From assembly GCF_964213995.1 (NCBI RefSeq), contig NC_135815.1, forward strand, positions 2,542,001-2,606,000: a DNA stretch of 64,000 bases, given 5' to 3'. Position 1 is the first letter of the stretch, and the number at the start of each line of letters is the position of its first letter. This stretch comes from Mustelus asterias. Taxonomy: Eukaryota. The position numbers were made by a program, and so were the translations under genes. Of the stretch, positions 1 through 12,339 are shown in pieces. The notes below the pieces were generated by a model. That model was given only the letters and a program-made list of their open reading frames with translations, made no database searches and was not told where the DNA came from.

Positions 1-468
1 ACACACGGTGATGGATCAGAGACACGCGGTGACGGATCAGTGACACGCGGTGACGGATCAGTGATACGCGGTGACGGATCAGAGACACGCGGTGACGGAT
101 CAGAGACACACGGTGACGGAGCAGAGACACGCGGTGACGGATCAGAGACACACGGTGACGGATCAGTGACACGCGGTGACGGATCAGAGACACGCGGTGA
201 CGGATCAGAGACACGCGGTGACGGATCAGAGACACGCGGTGACGGATCAGTGACACACGGTGACGGATCAGAGACACGCGGTGACGGATCAGTGACACAC
301 GGAGGTGGATCAGAGACACGCGGTAACCGATCAGAGACACGCGGTGACGGATCAGAGACACGCGGTGACGGATCAGAGACACACGGTGACGGATCAGAGA
401 CACGCGGTGACGGATCAGAGACACATGGTGACGGATCAGAGACACGCGGTGATGGATCAGAGACACGC
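1..468. repeat. 21-bp minisatellite (CACGCGGTGACGGATCAGAGA)n, running off the left edge
   Basis: About 22 near-identical tandem units; explains the repetitive ORFs 40..507 and 305..514. Confidence 0.95.
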
Positions 469-1047
469 AGAGGTGGAATGCCTGCTCCACATTTCAATCA
501 TTATTAAGGCATGATCTGCCGATGTTTAGAAGTGCACATTCCCATCTCCCCCCGATAACTTGCTCAACAACAATCCAACCACCTCCGCATCAAAAATATT
601 CAGTGCCCCCACTTCCATCATCTTCTGAGGCAGAGTTCTAAAATCACACAACCCTCACTGTCGCTGGGTCAAAATCCCTCCCTAACAGCACAAAGGGTGT
701 ACCTACACCTCAGGGACTGCAGTGGTTCACCACCACCTTCTGAAGGGCAATTGGGGATGGGCAGTAAATGCTAGGCCTTAGAAGATGCTCTTTGACATCA
801 TGATCCACTCTTGATGCTACAGGTACACATTACAAAACCGATGTTGCCATTCTCACTGAGACGGCATTGTGTGTGAATCCTGGCAGCACTGAATGGGAGT
901 ACCATGAATACTATTCTGGGTCTGAATACTGCACCTGTCGCACCAAAGCAACTCACACCATGCAGCTGAATTTTGCCCCCAGCTGGTCTGTTTCTTTCAA
1001 AGAGATGGAGAGAAACAAGAGGCACAGGTTCTCTGTCTGTCTGTGAT

Positions 1048-1121
1048 ATGTGGATAGTTTCTTCACAACTGGGCAAGGCAATATTTCTCTCACCTTCCTC
1101 TTTCTCTGGTATACAAAGAAC
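1048..1121 (+). pseudogene. Possible disrupted leader (signal peptide) exon of the V-J Ig receptor gene
   Basis: ATG at 1048. Removing 2 bp from the CTCTC run gives MWIVSSQLGKAIFLTFLFLWYTK. A CR1 tail follows, and AAGAACACAG|GGAAGT resumes at 3354-3369 (degenerate phase-1 donor). The reconstruction needs three lesions. Confidence 0.3.
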
Positions 1122-3350
1122 AAAGAACAACACAGCACAGGAACAGGCCCTTCGGCCCTCCAAGCCTGCGCTGCTCATGTGTCCAGCGAGACCATTCGGT
1201 TGTATCCCTCTATTCCCAGTCTGTTCATGTGGCTACCTAGATAAGTCTTAAACGATCCCAGCGTGTCCGCCTCATTCACCTTGCTTGGCAGCGCATTCCA
1301 GGCCCCCACCACCCTCTGTGTAAAATACGTCCCCCTGACATCTGTGTTGAACCTTGCCCCCCTCACCTTGAACCCGTGACCACTTGTGTTCATCACCTCC
1401 GACCTGGGAAAAAGCTTCCCACTGTTCACCCGATCTATGCCCTTCATAATTTTATACACCTCCATTAGGTCGCCCCTCATCCTCCGTCTTTCCAGGGAGA
1501 ACAACCCCAGTTTACCCAATCTCTCCTCATAGCTAAGACCCTCCATAGCAGGCAACATCCTGGTAAACCTTTTCTGCACTCTCTCCAAAGCCTCCACGTC
1601 CTTCTGGTAGTGTGGCGACCAGGACTGGACGCAGTATTCCAAATGTGGCCTAACCAACATTCTATACAGCTGCAACATCATATGCCAACTTTTATATTCT
1701 ATGCCCCATCCAATAAAGGCAAGCATGTCATATGCCTTCTTCACCACCCTCTCCACCTGTGCTGCCACCTTTAAGGATCTGTGGACTTGTATACCCAGGT
1801 CCCTCTGTGTGTCTATATTCCTGATGGTTCTGTCATTTATTGTATAGCTCCCCCTTACATTAGATCTACTGAAATGCATCACTTCGCATTTATCTGGATT
1901 AAATTCCATCTGCCATTTCTCCGCCCAGTGTTCCAGCCTATCTATATCCTGCTGTATTCTCTGACAATGTTCATCACTATCCGCAACTCCAGCAATTTTT
2001 GTGTCGTCCGCAAACTTACTGATCACACCAGCTACATCTTCCTCCAAATCATTTATATATATCACAAACAGCAGAGGTCCCAGTACAGAGCCCTGCGGAA
2101 CACCACTAGTCACAGACCTCCAACCGGAAAAAGACCCCTCCACTGTTACCCTCTGTCTTCTATGGCTAACACAGTAAGAGTTTTAACAACACCAGGTTAA
2201 AGTCCAACAGGTTTATTTGGTAGCAAATGTCATTAGCTTTCGGAGCGCTGCTCCTTCGTCAGATGGAGTGGAAATCTGGGTTCCACTCCATCTGTCGAAG
2301 GAGCAGCGCTCTGAAAGCTAATGGCATTTGCTACCAAATAAACCTGTTGGACTTTAACCTGGTGTTGTTAAAACTCTTACTGTGCTTACCCCAGTCCAAC
2401 GCCGGCATCTCCACTTCTATGGCTAAGCCAGTTCTCCACCCATCTACCGAGCTCACCTTTTATCCCGTGAGATTTAACCTTTTGCACCAGCCTGCCATGA
2501 GGGACCTTGTCAAACGCTTTACTAAAATCCATGTAGACGACATCCACGGTCCTTCCCTCGTCAATTGTTTTTGTCACCTCCTCAAAAAACTCAACCAAAT
2601 TTGTGAGGCATGACCTCCCTCGTACAAAACCATGCTGTCTATCGCTAATGAGATTATTCAGTTCTAAATGCGCATATATCCCATCTCTAAGAATCTTCTC
2701 CAACAATTTCCCTACCACGGACGTCAAGCTCACCGGCCTATAATTACCCGGGTTATCCTTGCGACCTTTCTTAAATAACGGGACCACATTTGCTATCCTC
2801 CAATCCTCTGGGACCTCACCTGTGTCCAGTGAAGAGACAAAGATTTCTGTTAGAGGCCCAGCAATTTCACCTCTTGCCTCCCTGAGGAGTCTAGGATAGA
2901 TGCCATCTGGCCCTGGGGATTTGTCTGTCTTAATGTTTCCTAAAAAACCTAACACTTCCTCCCTTGTAATTGAGATTTTTTCTAATGGGTCAACACATCT
3001 CTCTGAGACACTCCCAGTCAACATGTCCCTCTCCTTTGTGAATACTGGTGCAAAGTATTTGTTTAGGATCTCTCCTATTTCCTTTGGTTCAAAGCATAAT
3101 TCCCCTCCTTTGTCCCTGAGAGGTCCGATTCTTTCCCTAACAACCCTCTTGTTCCTAACGTATGTATAAAATGCCTTAGGATTCTCCTTAATCCTGTCTG
3201 CCAAGGACATTTCGTGACACCTTTTTGCCCTTCAAACTCCCTGTTTGAGTTATTTTCTACTTTCTCTGTATTCCTCCAGTGCTCCATCATGTATGCCTCT
3301 TTTTTCTTTTTGATTAGACCCACAATTTCACTGATTATCCACGGCTCCCG
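1115..3350 (-). mobile_element. CR1 LINE, 5'-truncated ORF2 (RT), interrupted by a Penelope fold-back
   Basis: ORFs 2386..3210 and 1175..2143 with [27 protein letters not shown] and FADD motifs; (TTCTTTG)n tail. Confidence 0.95.
2168..2413. mobile_element. Penelope-like terminal repeat pair in inverted (fold-back) arrangement with hammerhead motifs
   Basis: About 105-bp arms in near-perfect inverted repeat; the same sequence ends the GIY-YIG-bearing fragment at 50608-51228. Confidence 0.85.
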
Positions 3351-4011
3351 AACAAGAACACAGGGAAGTTGAGTGACACAGACCCACCTGTGAAATACTG
3401 ACCTCAGCATATAGGAAGAACGAGCAGGAATTGAATCCTTGAAAACTAATTTTTTTGGGAATGCCTGGCCCTCCACTCTCAGCTCTGACTCTGACCCTCT
3501 GCATGGCGGTGGGTAAGTAAACACCCAGAGTTGGGTCACCCAACCTGGGGCTGGTTTCCCATCATGATGTTTTGCAGTTTGATTCTCTGATTCTGGGTGG
3601 GTGATGTGTATTTTTTCGTTAGATATTTCTGTTTAAGCATTGTGATAGTTTGGGCTTTCTCGTGGTTCATTGGGAAAATACAGCGTCAGATCTCACACTG
3701 AGACACCCAGCCCAGTTACCCTGCTCTTAAACTCCACCGGGTGCAAATACACAGACACAAGCGTGTCAGCCTTCACGTTCAAACACCATTAAAAACACAT
3801 TGTCCAGGTTCACTGACGGGGAGCAGCTATTGAAGTGAGCTATCAGAAGGTTGACACGAGCTGTGGGATTACTTCCCAAGGGGAGATAGACGCCATCAGG
3901 GTGAGGGGAAGGAAACCATTGACTAGAAAGTAAAATGTAGCTCTGTCCACCAGTTCAGCAATGTGAGCTCTCCGAGTATCCGTGTAGTCCCACGGTGAAC
4001 CTTGCTGAATT

Positions 4012-7000
4012 GAGACATAAGAACATAAGAAATAGAAGCAGGAGTAGGCCATCTAGCCCCTCAAGTCTGCTCCGCCATTCAATAAGATCATGGCTGATCT
4101 GATAGTGGGTTCAGTTCTACTTATCCGCCCGCTCCCCATAACCCTTAATTCCCTTATTGGCTAAAAACCTATATCTGTGACTTAAACACATTTAACGAGG
4201 TAGCCTCGACCACTTCATTGGGCAAAGAATTCCAAAGATTCACTACCCTCTGGGAGAAGTTCCTCCTCAACTCTGTTCTAAATTGACTCCCCCGTATTTT
4301 GAGGCTATGCCCCTTAGTTCTTGTTTCTATTGTAAGTGGAAACAATCTCGATGTTTCTACCCTGTCTCGCCCCTTCATTAACTTATATGTCTCTATAAGA
4401 TCTCCCCTCAACCTTCTAAACTCCAAAGAGTACAGGCCCAGTCTACTCAATCTCTCCTCATAAGCCAACCCCCTCATCTCCGGAATCAACCTTGTGAACC
4501 TTCTCTGCACCCCTTCCAAAGCCAATACATCCTTTCTTAAATAAGGGGACCAAAACTGTACACAGTACTCTAGGTGCGGCCTCACCAGTACCCTGTACAG
4601 TTGCAACATGACCTCCCTGCTTCTATACTCCATCCCTCTCGCGATAAAGGCCAACATTCCATTTGCCTTCTTGACCACCTGCTGCACCTGCAAACTGTGT
4701 TTTTGTGATTCATGCACAAGGACCCCCAGGTCCCTCTGCACAGTAGCATGTTGTAATTTTTCACCGTTTAAATAATAGTCCCTTTTCCTATTATTCCTTC
4801 CTAAGTGGATAACCTCACACTTACCAACGTTATACTCCATCTGCCAGATCCTCGCCCACTCACTTAACCGATCCAAATCTCTCTGCAGACTCTCTGTGTC
4901 TTCCACGCAATTTGCTTTCCCACCCATCTTAGTGTCATCTGCAAACTTTGTTACCCTACACTCGGTCCCCTCCTCCAAATCATCTATGTATATGGTAAAT
5001 AGTTGAGGCCCCAGCACCGATCCCTGCGGCACGCCACTAGTCACGGATTGCCAACCAGAAAAGCACCCATTTTACCTACTCTCTGTTTTCTGTTAGATAG
5101 CCAATCCTCAATCCACGCTAACACTTTACCCCCAACTCCGTGCACCTTTATCTTTTGCAGTAACCTTTTGTGAGGCACCTTACCGAAAGCCTTCTGGAAA
5201 TCCAAATACAATACATCCACCGGTTCCCCCCTGTCAACCGCACTCGTCACCTCCTCAAAAAACTCCAGTAAATTAGTCAAACATGACTTTCCCTTCCTGA
5301 ATCCATGCTGCGTCTGCTTGATTGAACCATTCTTATCCAGGTGTCCTGCTATTTCTTCCTTTATGATAGATTCCAGCATTTTCCCAACTACGGATGTTAA
5401 GCTAACCGGCCTGTAATTACCTGCCTTTTGTCTACCTCCTTTTTTAAACAGTGGCGTCACATTAGCTGTTTTCCAATCAGCTGGCACCTCCCCAGAGTCC
5501 AGTGAATTTTGATAGATTACAACGAATGCATTTGCTATTGCCTCTGCTGTTTCTTTTAGTACCCTGGGATGCATTCCATCCGGACCAGGGGACTGGTCTA
5601 CCTTTAGTCCCATTAGCCTACCCAGCACTACCTTTCTGGTAATAGTGATCATTTTAAGGTCCTCTCCCCCTACAGTCCCATGGCCGTCTATTTTTGGTAA
5701 GCTATTTGTGTCCTCCACTGTGAAGACCGACACAAAAAACTTGTTTAAGGCCTCAGCCATTTCCTCGTTTCCTATTATTAAATCCCCCTTCTCATCTTCT
5801 AAGGGACCAACATTAACTTTAGCCAATCTTTTCCTTTTTATATATTTGTAAAAACTCTTAATATCAGATTTTATATTTTGTGCTAGTTTACTTTCATAAT
5901 CTATCTTTCCTTTATTGCTTTCTTAGTAGTTCTTTCTTGTTTTTTTAAAGCCTTCCCAATCCTCTAATTCCCCACTAATTTTGGCCACTTTGTATGCATT
6001 GGTTTTTAATTTGATACTCTCCTTTATCTCCTTAGTTATCCATGGCTGGTTATCCCTTTTCTTACATCCCTTCTTTTTCACTGGAATATATTTTTGCTGA
6101 GTACTGAGAAAAATCTCCTTAAAAATCCTCCACTGTTCCTCAACTGTCCCACCAATTAGTCTAAGTTCCCAGTCTACATTAGCCAACTCTGCCCTCATCC
6201 TATTGCAATCCCCCTTGTTCAAGCAGAGGACACTGGTTTGGGACCCTACTTTCTCACCCTCCATCTGTATTAGAAATTCAACCATATTGTGATCATTCAT
6301 TCCAAGAGGATCCCTCACAAGAAGATCATTTATTTTACCTGCCTCATTACACAGGACCAGATCCAAGATAACTCGCTCCCTCATAGGTTCTGTAACATAC
6401 TGATCGAGGAAACTATCGCGACAGCATTCTAAGAACTCTTCCTCAAGTGCACCGCGTCCGACTTGAGTTGACCAATCAATATGTAGGTTAAAATCCCCCA
6501 TGATCCCCCATAACCTTATGAGATTATTGCTGTTCCATTTTTACATGCATCTGTTATTTGTTTGTTTATAGCCCGCCCCACCTTGAAGTTATTATTTGGG
6601 GGCCTATAGACTACGCCCACCAGTGACTTTTTCCCCTTACTATTCCTCATCTCCACCCACATTGATTCCACATTTTGCTCCTTAGAGCCTATATCGTCTC
6701 TCACTACCGCCCTGATGTTATCCTTAATTAACAGAGCTACCCCACCTCCTTTTCCTTCCTGTCTATCCTTCCTAAATGTCTGATACCCGTGGATATTTAG
6801 TTCCCAGTCCTGGTCACCCTGCAACCACGTTTCTGTACTGGCCACTAGATCATACCCATATGTACTAATTTGTGCCGTCAACTCATTCATTTTGTTTCGA
6901 ATGCTACGTGCATTCAGGTAAAGTGTCTTTATGTTAGTCTTTCCTACTTGGACCCGATTTGTTAGTGCATTCCTTTGTTTGCCTGCTCTGTCTCTTCCTA

Positions 7001-7385
7001 TCACAGACTGGTTTTTCTTCTCCAGATCAACTCCCTGCACTGTGTTGACCACCTCCCTTCTCATACAAGTCACCTTTTTTACTCTGCCTGAGGTTAGATT
7101 CCTGCCACCTTCTATACTCCCTGTTCTATTACGTGGTCTGGAAACTTTACTAACCTCTCCTGAGCTCTCGTCTCCTTTAACTAATTGAAAGTCCTCATCA
7201 TTAACTTGCACTCCTACCCTCTCTTTTACCTTTGATTTTCTAATTCTCCATACCACTGAACCCTCCCCCCCACTACTCAGTTTAAAGCCCTATCTACAGC
7301 CCTAGTTATACGATTCGCCAGGACTCTGGTCCCCAGCATGATTCAGATGAAGACCATCCCATCGGAACAGGTCCCATCTTCCCCA
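4012..7385 (-). mobile_element. CR1 LINE with the 3' end of ORF1 and a nearly complete but frameshifted ORF2 (APE endonuclease + RT)
   Basis: ORFs 6516..7256 (YLNARS, TETWL), 5923..6501 (GDFN, DHN), 5041..5826 and 4169..5044 (FADD); ORF1 ends ...LANRITRAVDRALN* at 7277. Confidence 0.95.
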
Positions 7386-7721
7386 ATGGGAAGGAGCTTT
7401 TCTTCATCTTTTCCAATTCCCCCTCCTGCTTTCCTCACCCTCAGGAGAGAAACATGGAATAGTTCCTTTGATAAAGAATCCTTTAAATGCAAGTTGTTCT
7501 TGGTCTATGCCATGCTCGATATAGAACAGCAGATCCTAATACACAGGAACTGTTATAATATGTATAGTTTCAAGTTATATTTTGTGTTTAGTTCTTCAGT
7601 TCTGATCCTCAATTATTTTCTTGCTCAAAAAGGGAAGGAGGCAAAATGCAGGAAATTACAGCCAGTTCGTCTAACTTCAATTATTGGGCGAATATTGGAA
7701 TCAATTATTACGGAGAGAATG

Positions 7722-7963
7722 ATATGGAAATGCTGGCATTGGACTGGGGTGGGCACAGTAAGAAGTCTCACAACACCAGGTTAAAGTCCAACAGGTTTAT
7801 TTGGTATCACGAGCTTTCAGAGCACTGCTCCTTCATCAGGTGAGTGGAGAAAAAAATACCATACTCTGCTCCACTCACCTGATGAAGGAGCAGTGCTCCG
7901 AAAGCTCGTGATACCAAATAAACCTGTTGGACTTTAACCTGGTGTTGTGAGACTTCTTACTGT
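7722..7963. mobile_element. Penelope-like inverted terminal repeat pair
   Basis: Inverted arms ACAGTAAGAAGTCTCACAAC...GGTGAGTGGAG / CTCCACTCACC...CTTCTTACTGT. Confidence 0.85.
7876..7910 (+). ncRNA. Minimal type-I hammerhead ribozyme motif (Penelope pLTR); inverted copy at 7808-7842 (-)
   Basis: CAC-CTGATGA-AGGAGCAGTGCTCC-GAAA-GC-TC-GTG: conserved core, stem II, UH site and stem I. Confidence 0.7.
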
Positions 7964-9646
7964 ACGGAAAGGATAGCAGTTCATTTGGAAAGTCATAGTC
8001 TGATCAAACAGAGTCAGCATGGTTTTATGAAGGGGAAATAATGTCTGACAACTTTATGAGAGTTCTTTGAAGAGGTGTCAGCCAGAGTAGATAGGGGAGA
8101 ACAAGTCGATGTTGTATATGTGGATTTTCAAAAGGCATTTGATAAGGTGCCACACAAAAGGCTACTACACAAGACAGGAGCTCATGGTGTTGGAGGTAAT
8201 ATTCTGGCATGGATTGAGGATTGCTAGCTTATAAAATTCTAACAGGGTTAGACAGGGTAGATTCAGAAAAAATGTTCCCGATGGTGGGGGAGTCCAGAAC
8301 TAGGGGTCATAGTTTGAGGATAAGGGGTAAACCTTTTAGAACTGAGGTGGGGAGAAATTTCTTCATCCAGAGGGTGGTGAATGTGTGGAATTCACTACCA
8401 CAGAAAGTAGTTGAAGCCAAAACATTGTGTGATTTCAAGAAAAAATTAGATCTGGTTCTTGGGGCTAAAGGGATCAAGAGATATGGGACGAAGGGGGGAT
8501 CAGGATATTAAATTTGATGACCAGCCATGATCACAATGAATGGGGGAGCAGGTTCGAAGGGCTGAATGGCCTCCTCCTGCTTCCAGTTTTTATATTTCTA
8601 TATAACTAATAGGAAGCAGCGAGTCGCGATAAGGGGGTCTTTCTCAAGTTGGAAAGCGGTAACCAGTGGAGTGCCACAGGGATCAGTGTTGGGACTGCAG
8701 CTCTTTACAATATATATTAATGATTTGGGGGGAAGGAACAGAGTGTATTGTGGCCAAGTCTGTGGTTGATACAAAGGTGAGAGGGAAGGCAGCTTTTAAG
8801 GAGGATAGAAATAGTTTCCAGAGAGATATTGACAGGTTAGTGAGTGGGCAGCAAATTGGCAAATGAAATACAAAGCGGGAAAATGTGGGAGTGTTCATTT
8901 TGGAAGAAAGAATGAGAAGGCGGATTATTATTTAAATGGAGAGAGGCGGCAGAGGGACTTGGGGGGGTTCTCGTTCATGAAATCCAGAAAGCGAGTGTAC
9001 AGGGACAGAAGGTAATCGTGAAGGCAAATGGAATGCTGGCTTCTAGTTCAAGGGGGATGGGGTATAAAAGTAAAGAGGTGTTGCTGCAACTGAACAAGGC
9101 ACAAGGGAGGCCACATTTCAAATATTGTGTATAGTTTGGGTCTGCTCATTTCAGGAAAGATATATCACTGGGGGCAGCACAGAGAAGTGTTCCTGGGTAT
9201 GGAGGGACTGCCATTTGAGGAAAGGTGAAACAGGTTGGGACTGTACTCCTTGGGTTCAGAACAATGTGAGCTGATCTGATTGAAACATATCAGATTCTTC
9301 GGGGGTTCGCCAGGGTGAATGTTGGGAGGATGTTTCCACTCGTGGGAGAGTGTCAGACCAGACAGCAGAGTCGCAGAATGAGGGGGAGCTCATCTAAGAA
9401 GGATTTTAGGAAGAATTTGTTCTCTCAGAGAGTGGTGAATCTTTGGAATCTTTGCTCCAGGAAGCTGTGGAGACCGAGTCCTTGAACATTTTAAAGGCTG
9501 AGATCGATAGGTTTTTAATCAGTCGGGGAATTAAGGGTTATGGAGAGAAGGCAGGAAAGTAGACTTAGTGAGTGTTGGATCAGCCAGGATTTTATTAAAT
9601 GGCAGAACAGGCATCTATATCTTGTGGCATTATGGTTTCTTCACAG

Positions 9647-9993
9647 GTGTAGAGTTGGACACAGTTCCTTTCCAGTCACCTGAAGTTGTCAAGCTCCTTG
9701 AGGGTGGAACAGTAAAGCTTCAGTGTAACTTACAGAGCAGCAATGTGGATTACACTGTCGATTTATACAATGTACATTGGCTTTATCCACAAAATAAGGA
9801 CAGAATAATGGCTTTTTATACAAATGGCAGAGTTTACCGGTCAGAAGGATTCTCAGAGCGATTTCAGCTTTCCAGAGATGTTGCCAGTAACAGTTACAAT
9901 CTGACCATCAGAGATGTGCGGCTCAGTGACTCCAATGTCTATGTGGGATTTGGGGACGTATCCTTGGAAGTAGAAGCCGGCTGAATGTGACCA
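9647..9993 (+). pseudogene. Ig V-J type domain exon 1 (frameshifted just before the second Cys)
   Basis: Acceptor TTCACAG, phase 1. Reads VELDTVPFQSP...VKLQC...VHW...RFQLSRDVASNSYNLTIRDVRLSDSNVY, then after a ~4-bp deletion CGIWGRILGSRSRLNVT. Donor A|GTGAGT, phase 1. Confidence 0.85.
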
Positions 9994-10149
9994 GTGAGTA
10001 TTTTCTCTGTTATATTGCTTTTATACCAAATAATGTTATTACACAAGGACTGAGTTTAAAAACAGTAACTTGGTCAGAGGGAACTTTGTGAATCTTACTG
10101 AGAAGAGAGACAAGTTGCTGAATCTTTTCATCTTTTTCATCTTTTTAAG

Positions 10150-10480
10150 AATGTTCCAGATGGTGGGGGAGTCCAGAACTAGGGGTCATCGTTTGAGGAT
10201 AAGGGGTAAACCGTTTTGAATTAAGGTGAGGAGAAATTTCTTCACCCAGAGGGTGGTGAATCTGTGGAATTCACTCCCACAGAATGTAGTTGAGGCCAAA
10301 ATGTTGTGTGATTTCAAGAAGAAATTGGATACTGCTCTTGGGGGTAAAGGGATTAAGGGATTTCGGGGGAAGGGGGGATCAGGATATTGATTTCGATGAT
10401 CAGCCATGATCATAATGAATGGCAGAGCCGGCTCGAAGGGCCGAATGGCCTCCTCCTGCTTCTAGTTTCTACGTTTCTAT
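10150..10480 (+). mobile_element. CR1 3'-end fragment
   Basis: ESRTRGH...RNFFTQRVVNLWNSLP motif plus tail. Confidence 0.85.
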
Positions 10481-10814
10481 CTTGCACTCATCAGGACAAA
10501 CACCAGAAAACCAAATTGCAAATGGTTGCAACAACTCATAGTAGAGGAGAAAAAGGTGCTAATTGGTTGGGTAGTTGAATTTAATTGACTGAACTAGTGC
10601 CAGAGATAAAGCATCAGTTCCCCGAATCTCGGAGTAATTCAGAAAAAGTGCAAGTCTGGAGCATATTTCTCCTGTTTTTCAGAGGAAACAGAGAACCAAC
10701 GCGAGCCCCACTTCCTTTTTGGAATGTGTACATTGTGTGACCCTTCAGGGCTTCATATGTCAATCATGGGCCTTACCCTGGTACCAAGGACCCCTCTATC
10801 ACTGATGGAAGGCT

Positions 10815-11270
10815 GGCAGTTCTCCAAGGTGACCTTCACAACACATGACAACGCAGAATCACCGAGCAAAATCTGATAGCCAAGTTCCGCTCACATGAGG
10901 ACGGTCTCAACAAGGATCTTGGGTTCATGTCACACTATCTTTAACCCCACGACTTGCCTGGGCTTGCAAAATCTCACTAACTGTCCTGGCTGGTGACGAT
11001 ACACACCTCTTTAACCTGTGCTTCACCCTCTCTCCACTCACATTGTCTGTACCTTTAAGACTTGATTACCTGTAAAGACTCGCATTCCAACCATTACCTT
11101 GTAAATTGAGTTTGTGTCTGTATATGCCCTGTTTGTGAACACAACTCCTCACTCACCTGAAGAAGGAGCAAGACTCCGAAAGCTTGTGCTGCCAAATAAA
11201 CCTGTTGGACTTTAACCTGGTGTTGTGAGACTGTCCCCACCCCAGTCCAATGCCGGCATCTTCAAATCAA
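10815..11270 (+). mobile_element. Penelope-like 3' fragment (end of GIY-YIG ORF plus terminal repeat with hammerhead at 11154-11188)
   Basis: EQNLIAKFRSHEDGLNKDLGFMSHY; homologous to 50608-51228. Confidence 0.85.
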
Positions 11271-11342
11271 GTTCTCTTAAAAACAGGGATAGACTGTAAC
11301 CTTGAAACTTGTTTTTAAATTGTTGATATTTTTCCCTCAAAG

Positions 11343-11687
11343 GTGCAAATATTCCAGTCCTTACCCAGTCTCCGAGTGTGGAACGTGTCACAGAGGGTCA
11401 GACTGCACGGTTACAGTGCACCATGGGGAACGCTGCAGTGACAGGCACTGATGTTCACTGGTACGGGGAGCTACCTGGAAAAGATAGGGAGAGAGTTTTA
11501 ACACTGGATACAGGGAATCACATACTCCGGAGCCCAGCTTTCACTGAGCGTTTCCAGCCTTCCAGAGACACCTCCAATAACAGCTTCATTCTGACAATCA
11601 CCATGGTGCAGCCCAGTGACACTGCCGTCTATTACTGCTCAGTGTGGGGAAGGGTCTGGGGTAAAGGAAGCTGGCTGAATGTAATCA
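11343..11687 (+). CDS. Ig V-J type domain exon 2 (open frame)
   Basis: Acceptor TTTTTCCCTCAAAG, phase 1. Reads ANIPVLTQSP...ARLQC...VHWY...RFQPSRDTSNNSFILTI...DTAVYYCSVWGRVWGKGSWLNVI. Donor is A|GCAAGT (GC variant). Confidence 0.88.
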
Positions 11688-12339
11688 GCAAGTCCAGTTT
11701 ACAGGATTCTCATTAATCTTCATCCAACGTGTCATGTCTTATAGTTCCCAGAAGTCTGAAATATTCACACTTTTGGACACAAAGCTTGCTGCATTTAACC
11801 ACAGAGCCACAGCAATGTGGTTAAATGCTCTCAGAACAAAGGCAATTAGGGATGGGCAATAAATGCTGGCTTAGCCAGTGACACCCACATCCGATCAAAG
11901 AAACAAAATCTTTTGTTTAAAAAAAACTGATGTCGCTTTATATCAACATTAACTTCCAGTCATTAACTTGTTTTTAACTCTGAACTTTAAACTCTGTTAT
12001 AGATTGTGTTCTATTAGTTGTGATATCGCTCAGTAGGTACAATGCTGTGGATGTAATAGTCTTTGCTCTCAGTGATGTGCTGTGTGGGTGATACTGGACC
12101 CAGTGCCCCTGTTGCTGGTGTTGGACTTGTTGCTGATGTATTACTTGTTAGTGTCAGTGATGAAGCACTGATTCTGTCGATGTTGTCTCGCTGACCAGTG
12201 ATATTCTTGGTGTTTGAATATGCGCTCAACTCTGACTCATTTACTAATCAGATTCTGACTCAGTGATGCATGGTTTTGGATTCACTTCTTCACCAACAAC
12301 ATTTGCTGGGTTGCTGGTTTTCTGAATTGCATCCTGTAT

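Larger units (their letters stand above)
7630..9610 (+). mobile_element. Old degraded CR1 RT fragment, interrupted by a Penelope fold-back (7722-7963) and a CR1 3' fragment (8222-8600)
   Basis: LTSIIGRILESI, QSQHGF, DFQKAFDKVPH and GVPQGSVLG remnants across several frames. Confidence 0.85.

Noticed and set aside
40-514. Repetitive ORFs (TRGDGSE)n
   Set aside because: Translation of a 21-bp minisatellite with no gene context
9647-11720. Rearranging Ig/TCR V segments
   Set aside because: No CACAGTG/ACAAAAACC RSS after either V, J-like motifs are already inside the exons, and no C1 exon was found
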